Source: an uncultured delta proteobacterium
GTDB taxonomy: Bacteria; Desulfobacterota; Desulfuromonadia; Desulfuromonadales; BM103
Direction: 5' to 3'
Length of the DNA stretch: 64,000 nt
NCBI GenBank assembly: GCA_963715335.1
Contig: CAVQRZ010000023.1
Span: 83,711-147,710, forward strand
Positions 19,953 to 30,168 of this stretch are shown one piece after another (the stretch's first letter is position 1; each line of letters opens with the position of its first letter). The notes under the pieces are model-generated. The model did no database searches. It worked only from the letters and a program-made list of their open reading frames with translations, and had not been told where the DNA came from. The position numbers and the translations under genes are program-made.

Positions 19953-22193
19953 TTACTCGACCTGCTCCGGCGTCACCAGGTCACCCAGGAACAGACTGCC
20001 ATTGTGGACAAAGAAGCAGTTCTGAAAGCCCGCCGCAAGTTCAGCCAGCCGTTCTGCATAGTTTTCCTCATCACCGGCATTCGGTGTCGCCAGGCCCAAC
20101 AGGACGGTATCGGCATGAGCACTCTCCCGATGCATGATTTCCAACACGCTTTCATCTTCTGATTTGAGTGTGATTTCAACGTCCGCGTCGATTCGTATCT
20201 CCGGAATCAACTGTGCCAGGAATCGCTCAGTCCGCCCTTTCATGAGTTCGTTTGAGGCAATACTCAAGATCCTGATCTTGGCCTGCCGCCATTCCGGATT
20301 ACGGGTCAACAGATATGCCAGAAGCAGCATCAGGTCGCCGTTACGTCTAAGACCACCCCACCAGACATGAATCTCCTGGCGCTGGTCTTCTCGAAACGAC
20401 ATCAGGGGGTTGGTTTTGCCGATAATCAGGCTTTTATTGATATGTTTCAGTGCTCGAATAACCCGCAGGAACCTGACCAGTCGCGACAGGTCATCCGGCC
20501 AGCCAACCAGAACCGTATTACTGGCCAAACCGGCAATTCCGTTCGACTGGGTGACGGCGAGAACACCGCGCTCCAGGTCCTGAACAATATTGACTTCGCC
20601 GAAAGCAACGATCCCATGTGCTTTAAGTACGGCATTGATCTGTTGTTCTCGTGCGAAAACATCGACATTGAGCTCGATAAGGTCCCCTTGGTAAAGCTCG
20701 CAGATCGAGACCACTCCGCGATTCTCGGCAAACCAGGCACCGAAGCGCACCAGATCAAGACGCTTCTCCACATTGCTGACAAATACCAGCATGTGTGGTC
20801 GCCAGTTGCGGGCGGTCATCGGACGATTATTCAGTTTGACCAGCGCCCAGCGGATCAGGGCCTCGTAAAGGTCGCGCCAGACATCGCCCCAGGAATCCTT
20901 GCGCACGCGTCTTTTCAGATAGAGCCAGATCGCGAGTTCGACGGTCATGGCAAAAATGGTTGCTGGCCAATGGATCAGCAACATTACACCGAAACAGCCG
21001 AACCCCCCGAGCAGGCTCAAGGTCCAGTGGATATTCAAGGTGGGCCGCCAGGATGGGTTGCCGGAAAGATATTCCAGGGCGGAGACGAGGTTGACTGTGC
21101 CGTAAACGCTCAGGAAAAACATCGTCGCTACAGTGGCGACAGTATTCAGATCGCCGAGAAAAACTGCGGCCAGGCTGATTACCAGAGTGACGATCATGCC
21201 CAATTTAGGTTCTTCTCCAGGCCCTGAAGACCCGGCGAGCCGGTGTGGCACAAGTCTGTCAAGAGCAAGGGCCTGAAGGGTCCGTGGAGCGGCGAGCATC
21301 GAGCCGACAGCAGAGGAAAAGATCGCACCCCATAGCCCCGGCAGAACCAGCCATGGCCCGAACAGGGCAATCCGGGTCCAGATCATCGGGTCGCTGTTGA
21401 GACTGCTTGAATCGGCGCTGAGATAGAGCAAGACCGGAATCGCCAGGTACACCACAAGGCCAACCAAGGTTGCTGCGACACTGCCACGCGGGATCGAGTG
21501 GCGCGGGTCGGCAAGGTCTCCTGACATACTCAACCCGGCCATAATGCCGGTGACGGCGGGGAAAAAGACGGCGAAGACAATCCAGAATCCGGCTGGGGTA
21601 AAAGTACCGGGAACTTCGGCCGAAGCCTGGATGCCCGGCCCGGTGAATACCCCGGAAGCAAGTGCCAGTAAAGACAGGGCAATCAATACCATGACCGGAA
21701 GTTGAGCGCGCAAAGCAAAGGTGGCCCCACGGAACGACAGAATCGCGACCGCGAGGATAATGGCACACGCCGCAATCGACACAGGGATGGCCGGCCAGAC
21801 AAATTTCAGTGATTCTGCAAGACCGAAGGCATAAAGAGTTACAGACAGTGCCTGGGAGACGTATAGCGGGAAACCGATAGCGCCGCCGATTTCCAGTCCG
21901 AGGCTGCGGGAGATCATGTAATAGGCCCCGCCGACGCCAACGTGGCTATTCGTGGCAATGGCAGAGAGGCTTAAAGCTGTAAGCAAAGTAATCAGGTTGG
22001 CAAGCAGGACGATCAGAATGGTTTTGAAAAGTCCGACCTGGCCGACCACCCACCCAAAGCGTAGGTACATGATGACACCGAGAATCGTCAGGATGGTCGG
22101 TGTGAATACACCGAGAAAGGTCCCGAGTTTTCCGGATGATGAAGCACTCCTCCCGAACATGCTCAGTCTATTTTGCGATTTGGTGGATGGCAT
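19953..22193 (-). CDS. APC-superfamily permease, cation-chloride cotransporter-like with a large cytoplasmic C-domain
   Basis: 746 aa. About 12 TM segments are followed by a roughly 300-aa soluble domain (SLC12-like architecture). Confidence 0.75.
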   Translation of the reverse strand: MPSTKSQNRLSMFGRSASSSGKLGTFLGVFTPTILTILGVIMYLRFGWVVGQVGLFKTILIVLLANLITLLTALSLSAIATNSHVGVGGAYYMISRSLGLEIGGAIGFPLYVSQALSVTLYAFGLAESLKFVWPAIPVSIAACAIILAVAILSFRGATFALRAQLPVMVLIALSLLALASGVFTGPGIQASAEVPGTFTPAGFWIVFAVFFPAVTGIMAGLSMSGDLADPRHSIPRGSVAATLVGLVVYLAIPVLLYLSADSSSLNSDPMIWTRIALFGPWLVLPGLWGAIFSSAVGSMLAAPRTLQALALDRLVPHRLAGSSGPGEEPKLGMIVTLVISLAAVFLGDLNTVATVATMFFLSVYGTVNLVSALEYLSGNPSWRPTLNIHWTLSLLGGFGCFGVMLLIHWPATIFAMTVELAIWLYLKRRVRKDSWGDVWRDLYEALIRWALVKLNNRPMTARNWRPHMLVFVSNVEKRLDLVRFGAWFAENRGVVSICELYQGDLIELNVDVFAREQQINAVLKAHGIVAFGEVNIVQDLERGVLAVTQSNGIAGLASNTVLVGWPDDLSRLVRFLRVIRALKHINKSLIIGKTNPLMSFREDQRQEIHVWWGGLRRNGDLMLLLAYLLTRNPEWRQAKIRILSIASNELMKGRTERFLAQLIPEIRIDADVEITLKSEDESVLEIMHRESAHADTVLLGLATPNAGDEENYAERLAELAAGFQNCFFVHNGSLFLGDLVTPEQVE

Positions 22194-22242
22194 TGACAGT
22201 CTCCGCTAACAGAAATTAACGAGAGGATACCTTGAATGCTGC

Positions 22243-22276
22243 AAAAACAAAAGGGCGGCCTTAATGGCCGCCCTTT
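22243..22276 (-). terminator. Terminator downstream of csp
   Basis: AAGGGCGGCC-ttaat-GGCCGCCCTT followed by TTTTGTTTTT on the minus strand. Confidence 0.75.
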
Positions 22277-22300
22277 CAAAACTGGTCGATATGCTATGTA

Positions 22301-22501
22301 TTAAAGCTTAACGACGTTCGATGCCTGGGGGCCTTTCTGGCCATCAGTAACATCGAAAGAGACTCGCTCGTTTTCGGCGAGAGTCTTGAAACCATCGCCC
22401 TGGATCTGGGAAAAGTGAACGAATACGTCAGGACCGTTGTCCTGCTCGATGAACCCAAAACCCTTAGCTTCGTTGAACCATTTCACTGTGCCTTCAGCCA
22501 T
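22301..22501 (-). CDS. Cold-shock protein (CspA family)
   Basis: [15 protein letters not shown] and DVFVHFS RNP motifs. 66 aa. A 245-nt non-coding gap lies upstream, consistent with a long csp leader. Confidence 0.95.
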   Translation of the reverse strand: MAEGTVKWFNEAKGFGFIEQDNGPDVFVHFSQIQGDGFKTLAENERVSFDVTDGQKGPQASNVVKL

Positions 22502-22746
22502 CTTGAAACTCCTTCACTCCGGTTGGGAGGTGTTCTGTTGTGTATTTTCGTCTGCCGTAAATAATAAACCACTCAACGAAAGCTTGTCTGAGTGGTCTCT
22601 TCCAAACTGACTACCTTTAATCTGTCTGTTGAGCAACGAAATAGATACACAAACTTGTTATGATGCGCCCTTCTATCACAGTCAAATCAAAAAAAGCAAG
22701 TGTTTATTTATTTTTCATGAGGTTTTTCTTGCCTGGACTTCTGTTA

Positions 22747-24099
22747 CTAAACCCGCTCAGCCAGCAGGACAGATTCATCCCAGGCGACCGGTTTGACCAT
22801 AACACATTGGCCGACCATTGACTGGTCCCCATCAATGCGCACATCCAGATAATTCCTCGATATCCCCTTCATCAGGCCGTTTATGGAACCGGTCTCAACG
22901 ATCACCTCGAGCTCTGCATTGATAAACCCTTCGGCAAAAAGCTTATATTTCCGTTCGGCAAGGCTTCTTAATTTCTCAGCCCTCCCCTTGCTGACCTTGC
23001 CCGGAACCTGGTTGCTCATGGTTGCAGCCTGAGTTCCCGGACGTTTGCTGAAGGGGAATACGTGCAGGTCCGTAATTGGCAAGCCTGCTATAAAATCGTA
23101 AGCATCGTTAAATTCCTGATCAGTCTCTCCCGGGAAACCGGTGATCACGTCCAGACAGATCGCAGCGTTCGGCAAAGCTGCCCTGACCTTTTCAATCAAC
23201 CTTGAGAAGAAATCCCGGTTATAGGTACGGCCCATGCGCTGCAGGACAGCATCGTTTCCGGCTTGCAAAGGAATGTGTAAGTGTGGGCAGACAATTTTCG
23301 AATTGGTCACTGTTTCCAGCAGTTCGTCAGTCAGTTCAGTGGGCTCAATGGAACCGAGACGAAGGCGGTGTATGGTAGATTCTGACTCGACCCGTCTAAC
23401 GAGGCGGTGCAACGTTGAGGAAGGAACCAGATCCGCACCGTAGCCGCCGACATGAATACCGGTCAGAACCACCTCCCGAAATCCGGAGTCCGCCAGTCCG
23501 TTGATCTGCTCGAGGACTTCATGCTCCGGTGCGGATCGACTGGCACCGCGAGCATACGGGATGATGCAATAGCTACAGAACGCGTCGCAGCCATTCTGGA
23601 TCTGGACAAAAGCCCGGCTGCGTCCGGCAAAGGATATTGATGCCGGAAGACAGACTGATTCAGCCTGTCGGATGTCTGAGACTTCCACCAGGGTTGACGG
23701 GTAATCCTGCTGAAGAAAATCGAGCAGGCGCTGTTTTTCTTCGTTGCCAATCACCAGGCTCACACCGGGTAGATCGTGCAAGGCGTCCGGGTCGACCTGG
23801 GCGTAGCATCCCGTCACAATCACCCGGCATTCGGCATTCTGTCGCCGCGCCCGACGAATCAGGTTGCGCGACTGGGCATCGGTCGCACTGGTCACTGTGC
23901 AGGTATTGACGACTACCAGGTCAGCACCATCCTCAAAACGAACAATCCGGTAACCAGCCCCCTGTAAGGCCTCCTGCATCGCGGCAGACTCGAACTGGTT
24001 GGTTTTGCAGCCTAGCGTCGCAAACGATACCGTTTGTGAAGACGGGACGCGGGACGCAGGACGCGGGACGCGACTGTTGTCTTTATCGGGAGTAGTCAT
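22747..24099 (-). CDS. mtaB: tRNA ms2t6A37 methylthiotransferase MtaB
   Basis: MTTase N-domain (FATLGCKTNQFES), rSAM CDAFCSYC, and a TRAM-like C-terminus. The first roughly 20 codons are encoded by heptamer repeats, so the start is uncertain. Confidence 0.85.
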   Translation of the reverse strand: MTTPDKDNSRVPRPASRVPSSQTVSFATLGCKTNQFESAAMQEALQGAGYRIVRFEDGADLVVVNTCTVTSATDAQSRNLIRRARRQNAECRVIVTGCYAQVDPDALHDLPGVSLVIGNEEKQRLLDFLQQDYPSTLVEVSDIRQAESVCLPASISFAGRSRAFVQIQNGCDAFCSYCIIPYARGASRSAPEHEVLEQINGLADSGFREVVLTGIHVGGYGADLVPSSTLHRLVRRVESESTIHRLRLGSIEPTELTDELLETVTNSKIVCPHLHIPLQAGNDAVLQRMGRTYNRDFFSRLIEKVRAALPNAAICLDVITGFPGETDQEFNDAYDFIAGLPITDLHVFPFSKRPGTQAATMSNQVPGKVSKGRAEKLRSLAERKYKLFAEGFINAELEVIVETGSINGLMKGISRNYLDVRIDGDQSMVGQCVMVKPVAWDESVLLAERV

Positions 24100-24200
24100 A
24101 ATGTCTGTTGAATTACCTTAAACTTCACTATCGGAAAACAAGAGGCCAGTTATTTGGTTTCCGCGTACCGCGTACCGCATTCCTCGTCCCGCGTCGCGGA
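24040..24200. repeat. Heptamer-repeat arms flanking the mnmA/mtaB junction
   Basis: GGGACGC GGGACGC AGGACGC GGGACGC at 24045-24072. GTACCGC GTACCGC ... CGTCCCGCGTCGCG at 24165-24200. Confidence 0.65.
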
Positions 24201-25283
24201 GTTGCTGATCCAACCGCCACCAATCACCCGATCATCATCGTAAAACACCGCAGCCTGGCCTGGTGTCACACCGTTTTGCGGTTCGTCGAAATCGACCCGC
24301 ACCGTACCATCGTCCATGGCTGTGATCTTCGATGGAACCTCCTGATGACGATAGCGGATGCGACAGGCCGCCTCGAGTGTTCCGGTCGGAGGATCAATGA
24401 ACCAGTTGACATCAGAAACAAGACATTGCGAAACACTGAGGTGCCGTTTTTCACCAACAATGACCTGGCGTTTGGCCGCATCGATACCAACGACATAAAG
24501 CGGTTGCGGCCACGCGAGCCCCAGTCCGCGGCGCTGACCGATCGTGTATCGATATGTCCCCTGATGCCTGCCGAGGACCTGGCCATCGATGTGGACGATC
24601 TCGCCGTTCATCGTCCCGGGGCCACGCTGTTCTTCAAGGAACCGGACGTAATTGCCATCGGGGACGAAACAGATGTCCTGACTCTCCGGTTTTTCAGCGA
24701 CCTGCAAACCAAGTCGCACAGCGTGGTCGCGTACCTCATTCTTGGTCATGCCGCCGAGCGGGAAACGGACATACCGCATCTGTTCCCCGGTCAGCGTGAA
24801 GAGAAAATAAGTCTGGTCCTTGTTGCGGTCATGCCCTTTCCTGAGAACCATGCGACCATCTTCTTCGACCAGTTGGGCATAATGCCCGGTAACCAGGTAA
24901 TCAGCCTGCAGCTCTCGAGCCCTGCGCAGCAATATCTCGAACTTGAGCAGCTGGTTGCAAAGCACACAAGGGTTGGGCGTACGACCGTTGAAGTAGTCAT
25001 CACAGAAGCGGTCGATGACTGCCGCTTCAAACTGTTTTTCAAAATTGACGACATAAAAGGGTATGCCGAGAGACTCGGCCACCCGGCGGGCATCGTAGAC
25101 ATCGTCGAGAGAGCAGCAGGTGCCGAACTTTTCGCCGTGCTCCGCGGTAAAGCCGGAATAGTCCCAGATCTGCATGGTCATGCCGATCACCTCACAGCCC
25201 TGCTCCTTGAGTAAAGCAGCAGCAACCGAGGAATCTACCCCGCCGCTCATGGCAACGACGACTCTTTTGCCTGGTTCAATCAT
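24150..25283 (-). CDS. mnmA: tRNA 2-thiouridine(34) synthase
   Basis: [15 protein letters not shown]-loop and a full-length MnmA-like sequence. Confidence 0.95.
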   Translation of the reverse strand: MIEPGKRVVVAMSGGVDSSVAAALLKEQGCEVIGMTMQIWDYSGFTAEHGEKFGTCCSLDDVYDARRVAESLGIPFYVVNFEKQFEAAVIDRFCDDYFNGRTPNPCVLCNQLLKFEILLRRARELQADYLVTGHYAQLVEEDGRMVLRKGHDRNKDQTYFLFTLTGEQMRYVRFPLGGMTKNEVRDHAVRLGLQVAEKPESQDICFVPDGNYVRFLEEQRGPGTMNGEIVHIDGQVLGRHQGTYRYTIGQRRGLGLAWPQPLYVVGIDAAKRQVIVGEKRHLSVSQCLVSDVNWFIDPPTGTLEAACRIRYRHQEVPSKITAMDDGTVRVDFDEPQNGVTPGQAAVFYDDDRVIGGGWISNSATRDEECGTRYAETK

Positions 25284-25339
25284 GTCAGATCTGTACGAAC
25301 ACTCACGGGAATGATCAATAGGTAATATTCGTCCATAAG

Positions 25340-25444
25340 GAATTCAGAATACAGTATCCAGTATCAAGAAGAAAACCTAAAGTATAGGGTCTATAGGCTT
25401 CCGGCTTCTGGCTTCTGGCTTCTGGCTTCTGGATTCTGAATTCT
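25340..25444. repeat. Heptamer tandem repeat (GGCTTCT x7, degenerating) with an opposing heptamer arm
   Basis: 25396-25444 reads GGCTTCC GGCTTCT x4 GGATTCT GAATTCT. 25340-25374 reads GAATTCA GAATACA GTATCCA GTATCAA GAAGAAA, a partial reverse complement. Confidence 0.85.
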
Positions 25445-25516
25445 CGGATACCCAACAAAGAAAGGGCATCCAAAAGATGCCCTCCTTTACTTCAAGTCGA
25501 TTCTTCGAAATGAGCT

Positions 25517-25885
25517 CTAACCATTCTGTTCTTTATAGTTTTTAATGGCCTCGTGCAAGGCATCTGCGGCCAGGTTCGAACAATGCATCTTCTGCGCCGG
25601 CAACCCGTCGAGGGCCTCAGCAACCGCCTGGTTACTGAGCTCAAGCGCCTCATCGATCGTCTTGCCAATCGCCATCTCCGTAACCATTGAAGATGTGGCA
25701 ATGGCCGCGCCACAGCCAAAGGTCTTGAACTTCACATCTTGAATGACGTTGTTTTCGACCTTGAGAAAAATTTTCATGATGTCGCCGCAGGAGGCATTAC
25801 CCACCTCGCCCACGCCGTTGGCATCTGTTATTTCACCCACATTGCGCGGGTTGGTAAAATGGTCCATTACTTTATCTGTGTACAT
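25517..25885 (-). CDS. nifU: Fe-S cluster scaffold, NifU N-terminal/IscU type
   Basis: HFTNPRNVG...GNASCGD...FKTFGCGAAIA...HCS, with the three conserved Cys. 122 aa. Confidence 0.9.
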   Translation of the reverse strand: MYTDKVMDHFTNPRNVGEITDANGVGEVGNASCGDIMKIFLKVENNVIQDVKFKTFGCGAAIATSSMVTEMAIGKTIDEALELSNQAVAEALDGLPAQKMHCSNLAADALHEAIKNYKEQNG

Positions 25886-25936
25886 GTCGACTCCTTAATA
25901 TTCACTGAAGACTTTCAACAGTCTGCCTTTAAAAAA

Positions 25937-25999
25937 CGAGAAGTGCGAAGTGCGAGGTGCGAAAGGTCTTTTCGGGCTTCGCGCCACTCGCCTCGCGTT
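25937..25999. repeat. Heptamer-periodic imperfect palindrome between nifS and nifU
   Basis: Left arm GAGAAGTGC GAAGTGC GAGGTGC GAAAGG. Right arm GGGCTTCGCGCCACTCGCCTCGCG. Confidence 0.7.
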
Positions 26000-26000
26000 C

Positions 26001-27230
26001 CTAAATTCTCCTCACCGTTTCACAGGTCTCGCACCCTTCCGGAGTTTTTCCACAGTTATACAGGGGGCTCATATCGCGGAGACGCTGCACGGTAGCCGGC
26101 AAGACCTCCAGGACCTTGTTAATCTCTGCCTCTGTGGTTTCAGGGCCGAGACTGAAACGCGTACTCGAGTGTGCCAGGGTCACTTCGACGCACATAGCTC
26201 CCATGACATGGGATGGCTCCAGGGAACCGGAAGTGCATGCAGAACCTGACGACGCTGCAATGCCAAACATGTCGAGGTTGAGGAGCAGTGACTCTCCCTC
26301 AATGTATGCGAAGCTGACATTCAGGGTGTTCGGCAGGCGCTTGTCACGATCAGGCGTTCCGTTCAGCTTGATGTCCGGGACCTGACTGAGGACGCCATCT
26401 TCCAGGCGGTCACGCAGTGTGCGGACACGGCGGGAACAGGTTTCGAGTTCGGCGGAAGCCAGTTCACAGGCCTTGCCCAGCCCCACGATACCGGCAACAT
26501 TCTGAGTTCCGGCACGCCGGTTGCGTTCCTGGTGGCCGCCATGGATCAGAGCGGACATCCGCGTGCCGCGTCGCACATAGATTGCGCCAACCCCTTTTGG
26601 TGCGCCAATTTTGTGGCCAGAAATCACCAGCAGGTCGACATTGGCTTGCTGCACGTCAACCGGGATCTTGCCGACAGCCTGTACCGCATCGGTATGAAAC
26701 CGGATGTTGTACTTCCTGGCGATTCGGCCGATCTCCTCGACCGGATAAATGTTGCCGGTCTCATTGTTGGCCCACATCACCGATATCAGTATGGTTTTGT
26801 CAGTAATTGCAGCTTCCAGGTCAGCAAGATCGAGCATGCCGTCCTTGTCTACCGGCAGGTAGCTCACAGCATAGCCCTGCTTTTCGAGATACTGACAGGT
26901 TTCAAGGACTGCAGGATGTTCTATCGCTGTTGTAATGATATGGTTGCCTTTTTCTTTCAGGGCATCCAGCGTTCCCTTGATAGCCATGTTGTCACCCTCG
27001 CTGCCACAGGAGACAAAGACTATCTCGGCGGCCGAGGCGTTGATCAACGCGGCAACCTGCTCACGCGCCTTCTCCAGGGCACCGGAGACCTGCCGTCCCG
27101 CCCAGTGAACGCTGGAAGGGTTGCCGAACTGTTCGCGGTAAAAAGGCAACATCACCTCCAGGACCTCTGGCCTGACCGGTGATGTGGCGTTGTAATCTAG
27201 ATAAATGTTGCCCAATTCCCTGTCCTCCAC
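26001..27230 (-). CDS. nifS: Cysteine desulfurase (NifS/IscS class)
   Basis: SGHKIGAPKGVGA PLP-lysine motif and the SSGSACTSG active-site Cys loop. 409 aa. Confidence 0.9.
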   Translation of the reverse strand: MEDRELGNIYLDYNATSPVRPEVLEVMLPFYREQFGNPSSVHWAGRQVSGALEKAREQVAALINASAAEIVFVSCGSEGDNMAIKGTLDALKEKGNHIITTAIEHPAVLETCQYLEKQGYAVSYLPVDKDGMLDLADLEAAITDKTILISVMWANNETGNIYPVEEIGRIARKYNIRFHTDAVQAVGKIPVDVQQANVDLLVISGHKIGAPKGVGAIYVRRGTRMSALIHGGHQERNRRAGTQNVAGIVGLGKACELASAELETCSRRVRTLRDRLEDGVLSQVPDIKLNGTPDRDKRLPNTLNVSFAYIEGESLLLNLDMFGIAASSGSACTSGSLEPSHVMGAMCVEVTLAHSSTRFSLGPETTEAEINKVLEVLPATVQRLRDMSPLYNCGKTPEGCETCETVRRI

Positions 27231-27239
27231 TTACAAAAT

Positions 27240-27677
27240 TTAATGGCTACCTTTTGTTTCCTTGAACTTGCCCCTTGCTTCCTGGGTCAACTCTTCGAGA
27301 GTGATCGAGGCAAGGAAGTCGCGGATCTTCTCACCCAACCCATGCCAGACATTATGTGTGACGCAATGGTCATCACAAACGCAACCGCGCTTCTGGTCCA
27401 TGCAGGCGACCGGGACCAGAGATTCCTCGACACTGTCGATGATCTCATCGACCTGAATCTCCCGCGCAGGTCTGGCCAGGAGATATCCTCCTCCAGGACC
27501 GCGAACACTTTTTACGATCTTGCCGCGGCGTAATTTAACAAAAAGCTGTTCAAGGTAAGTCAATGAAATACTCTCTCGCAGAGAGATATCGCGCAGGGAT
27601 ACCGGTGAGCCTTCGGAATAAAGATTCAGATTTACCATGGCCCGCACGGCGTACTGTGCTTTGGTGGACATTCGCAT
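27240..27677 (-). CDS. Rrf2-family transcriptional regulator (IscR-like)
   Basis: MSTKAQYAVRAMVNL wHTH N-terminus. Three Cys (CMDQKRGCVCDDHC) fit a cluster ligand set. Confidence 0.85.
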   Translation of the reverse strand: MRMSTKAQYAVRAMVNLNLYSEGSPVSLRDISLRESISLTYLEQLFVKLRRGKIVKSVRGPGGGYLLARPAREIQVDEIIDSVEESLVPVACMDQKRGCVCDDHCVTHNVWHGLGEKIRDFLASITLEELTQEARGKFKETKGSH

Positions 27678-27679
27678 GT

Positions 27680-28477
27680 TTACGCCTCGGTTTTTTCCTT
27701 TTTACGAGAATCCGTCGGGCTCGCGACTGATTTTGCCGCAGCGCTCCTGGTCGACGCAGCGCGTTTGACGGTCTTTTTCACAGCAGGTTTTGCTTGCGTC
27801 TCTCCAAGGCGGGACGTCAGGTCTTCAACTTTCTTTTCCAGAGCTCTAATTTGATCAAACAGGCAGCTGATCGCCTTGGCTTCGGGGTCGGGCAGATTGC
27901 CATGTTCGAGGTCGGGGCGTTGTTCCTCATCGACAACCTTCTTTTCCTGCTGCATCACGACCCGACCGGGGATGCCAACCACCGTGGCATTCTGCGGTAC
28001 TTCCTTGACGACGACCGAATTGGAACCGATCTTGGCACCCTTGCCGACGGTGAACGGGCCGAGAACTTTCGAACCGGACCCGATCACGACATTATCCTCG
28101 ACAGTCGGATGACGCTTGACCTTGTCCCAGGTCACGCCGCCGAGAGTTACGCCATGATAAATGGTAACATTATCACCGATTTCGGCTGTTTCGCCGATGA
28201 CCACGCCCATGCCGTGATCGATAAAGAACTTCTTGCCGATCTTTGCCCCGGGATGGATCTCGATGCCGGTGAAAAAACGTCCCAGGTGAGAGGTTAACCG
28301 GCCAAGGAAGTAAAGCTCGTGGGTCCAGAGCCAGTGTGCGACGCGGTAAAACCAGACCGCGTGCAATCCTGGGTAACAGAAAATGATCTCCAGGACACCA
28401 CGCGCCGCAGGATCACGGTCAAAAACTGAATAAATATCCTCGCGAATTTTATCGAACACTTGCAGTATCTCCTCCAC
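27680..28477 (-). CDS. cysE: Serine O-acetyltransferase with a C-terminal extension
   Basis: [12 protein letters not shown] and hexapeptide repeats ([19 protein letters not shown]). GTG start. Confidence 0.9.
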   Translation of the reverse strand: MEEILQVFDKIREDIYSVFDRDPAARGVLEIIFCYPGLHAVWFYRVAHWLWTHELYFLGRLTSHLGRFFTGIEIHPGAKIGKKFFIDHGMGVVIGETAEIGDNVTIYHGVTLGGVTWDKVKRHPTVEDNVVIGSGSKVLGPFTVGKGAKIGSNSVVVKEVPQNATVVGIPGRVVMQQEKKVVDEEQRPDLEHGNLPDPEAKAISCLFDQIRALEKKVEDLTSRLGETQAKPAVKKTVKRAASTRSAAAKSVASPTDSRKKEKTEA

Positions 28478-28659
28478 ACCCCATCAGACATGATTCGAGT
28501 TACATTATAAAAACACCGGCGAAACATCAGCCGGTTACCGAGCATGGTCTAGGGATAGCATACCTGAGTAAAACTGTCAATTAATTTAGATGAAGGAATC
28601 GGATAAAAAAGGACCACTGAAAAAATCGCAGAGAAGAAAAGTTTCTCCGCGTATATACG

Positions 28660-30168
28660 TTACAAAAACAGCTGGTAGGCCTGGTTGCGAGTCTCTTCGA
28701 CATACCGGTAACCGAGATTTTCAAGGAAGGCCTGCAGCTGCGGCTCCTGCCCTTTTGGTATTTCCAGGCCAACCAGGACCCTGCCAAAATCACCACCCTG
28801 TGTGCGATAGTGGAACAATGAGATATTCCAGTCTGCGCCCATTGATGCGAGGAACCGTGCCAAAGCACCGGGCCGTTCAGGGAACCAGAAGCGGAACAAG
28901 CGCTCCCCGGTCACGTCAGGAGAACGACCGCCGACCATATAACGAACATGGGTCTTGGCCAGTTCGTCGTCAGTCAGGTCGATGCTTTCAAAACCTTGCT
29001 GCGTCAATTGCTCGCGAAAGGCCTGGCGCTTTTTATCGCCATCAATGGCTATACCGACAAAGATATAAGCCGATTCACGACCAGACAGGCGATAGTTGAA
29101 CTCGGTAATATTCCTGTCACCGACAACTTCACGGCAAAAACGGAACAACGCTCCGGGTTCCTCCGGAATGGTGACAGCAAATAACGCTTCCTGTTTCTCG
29201 CCGATCAGGGTGCGTTCAGCCACATAGCGCAGGCGATCGAAATTCATGTTGGCGCCCGAATTGATCGCGACCAGCGACTGACCAGTCACTCCTTTGTCGC
29301 GTACATATTTTTTCAACCCCGCAACAGCAAGGGCTCCGGCCGGCTCAACGATTGAGCGGGTGGCCTGGTAAACACTCTTCACCGCACTACAGATTTCATC
29401 CACATCGACCAGGATAATCTCATCGACATGCCGGCGACAGATATCGAACGTCAGTTTACCAACCTCGCGTACGGCAACGCCGTCAGCGAAGATCCCGACT
29501 GAATCGAGTTTGACGCGACGGCCGGCGGCCAGCGAGCGGGCCATGGCGTCACTGTCGACAGGCTCGACTCCAATCACCCTGATATCCGGGCAAAGCTCTT
29601 TGAGAAACAACGATACGCCTGCAAGCAGTCCGCCACCACCGACCGGGACAAAAACCGCATCGATCCGGCCGGCGCTCTGGCGAAGGAGCTCATCGGCAAC
29701 TGTCCCCTGCCCTGCGATAACCAGTTCGTCGTCGAACGGCGGGATGAAGACCATACCGGACTGCGCGACCAGGGAGTCACAATGTTCAGCAGCTTCCGAG
29801 TAGTTGTCGCCAAACAGAACCACCTTGACGCCAAACGCCTTAACTGCTGCAACCTTGATGGCAGGGGTCGTCACCGGCATCACGATGGTTGTGTCAATCC
29901 CGAGCTTCTGGCCTGAGAAAGCGACGCCCTGGGCATGGTTGCCGGCTGAAGCCGTAATGATGCCCAAAGCTCTTTCTGCATCGCTTAAGTTGGCGATTCG
30001 ATTATAGGCGCCACGAATTTTGAAAGAGAAGACTGGCTGCAGGTCCTCACGCTTGAGCAGCACGCGATTGTTCAGCAATTGGGACAGGTAGGCCGACTCC
30101 TCGAGGGGGGTCTCAATGGCAGCCTCATAGACCTTGGATGTCAGAATTTGTTTGAATAATTTATGCAT
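28660..30168 (-). CDS. ilvA: Threonine ammonia-lyase, biosynthetic (two ACT-like C-domains)
   Basis: Start taken at MHKLFKQILTSKVYEAAIETPLEE (ATG 30168). FKIRGAYN PLP-lysine motif. 502 aa. Confidence 0.9.
   Translation of the reverse strand: MHKLFKQILTSKVYEAAIETPLEESAYLSQLLNNRVLLKREDLQPVFSFKIRGAYNRIANLSDAERALGIITASAGNHAQGVAFSGQKLGIDTTIVMPVTTPAIKVAAVKAFGVKVVLFGDNYSEAAEHCDSLVAQSGMVFIPPFDDELVIAGQGTVADELLRQSAGRIDAVFVPVGGGGLLAGVSLFLKELCPDIRVIGVEPVDSDAMARSLAAGRRVKLDSVGIFADGVAVREVGKLTFDICRRHVDEIILVDVDEICSAVKSVYQATRSIVEPAGALAVAGLKKYVRDKGVTGQSLVAINSGANMNFDRLRYVAERTLIGEKQEALFAVTIPEEPGALFRFCREVVGDRNITEFNYRLSGRESAYIFVGIAIDGDKKRQAFREQLTQQGFESIDLTDDELAKTHVRYMVGGRSPDVTGERLFRFWFPERPGALARFLASMGADWNISLFHYRTQGGDFGRVLVGLEIPKGQEPQLQAFLENLGYRYVEETRNQAYQLFL

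Noticed and set aside
25396-25444. CRISPR array or coding microsatellite
   Set aside because: The units are 7 nt with no spacers and no cas genes nearby. A period of 7 is incompatible with an in-frame coding repeat, and the region is intergenic.
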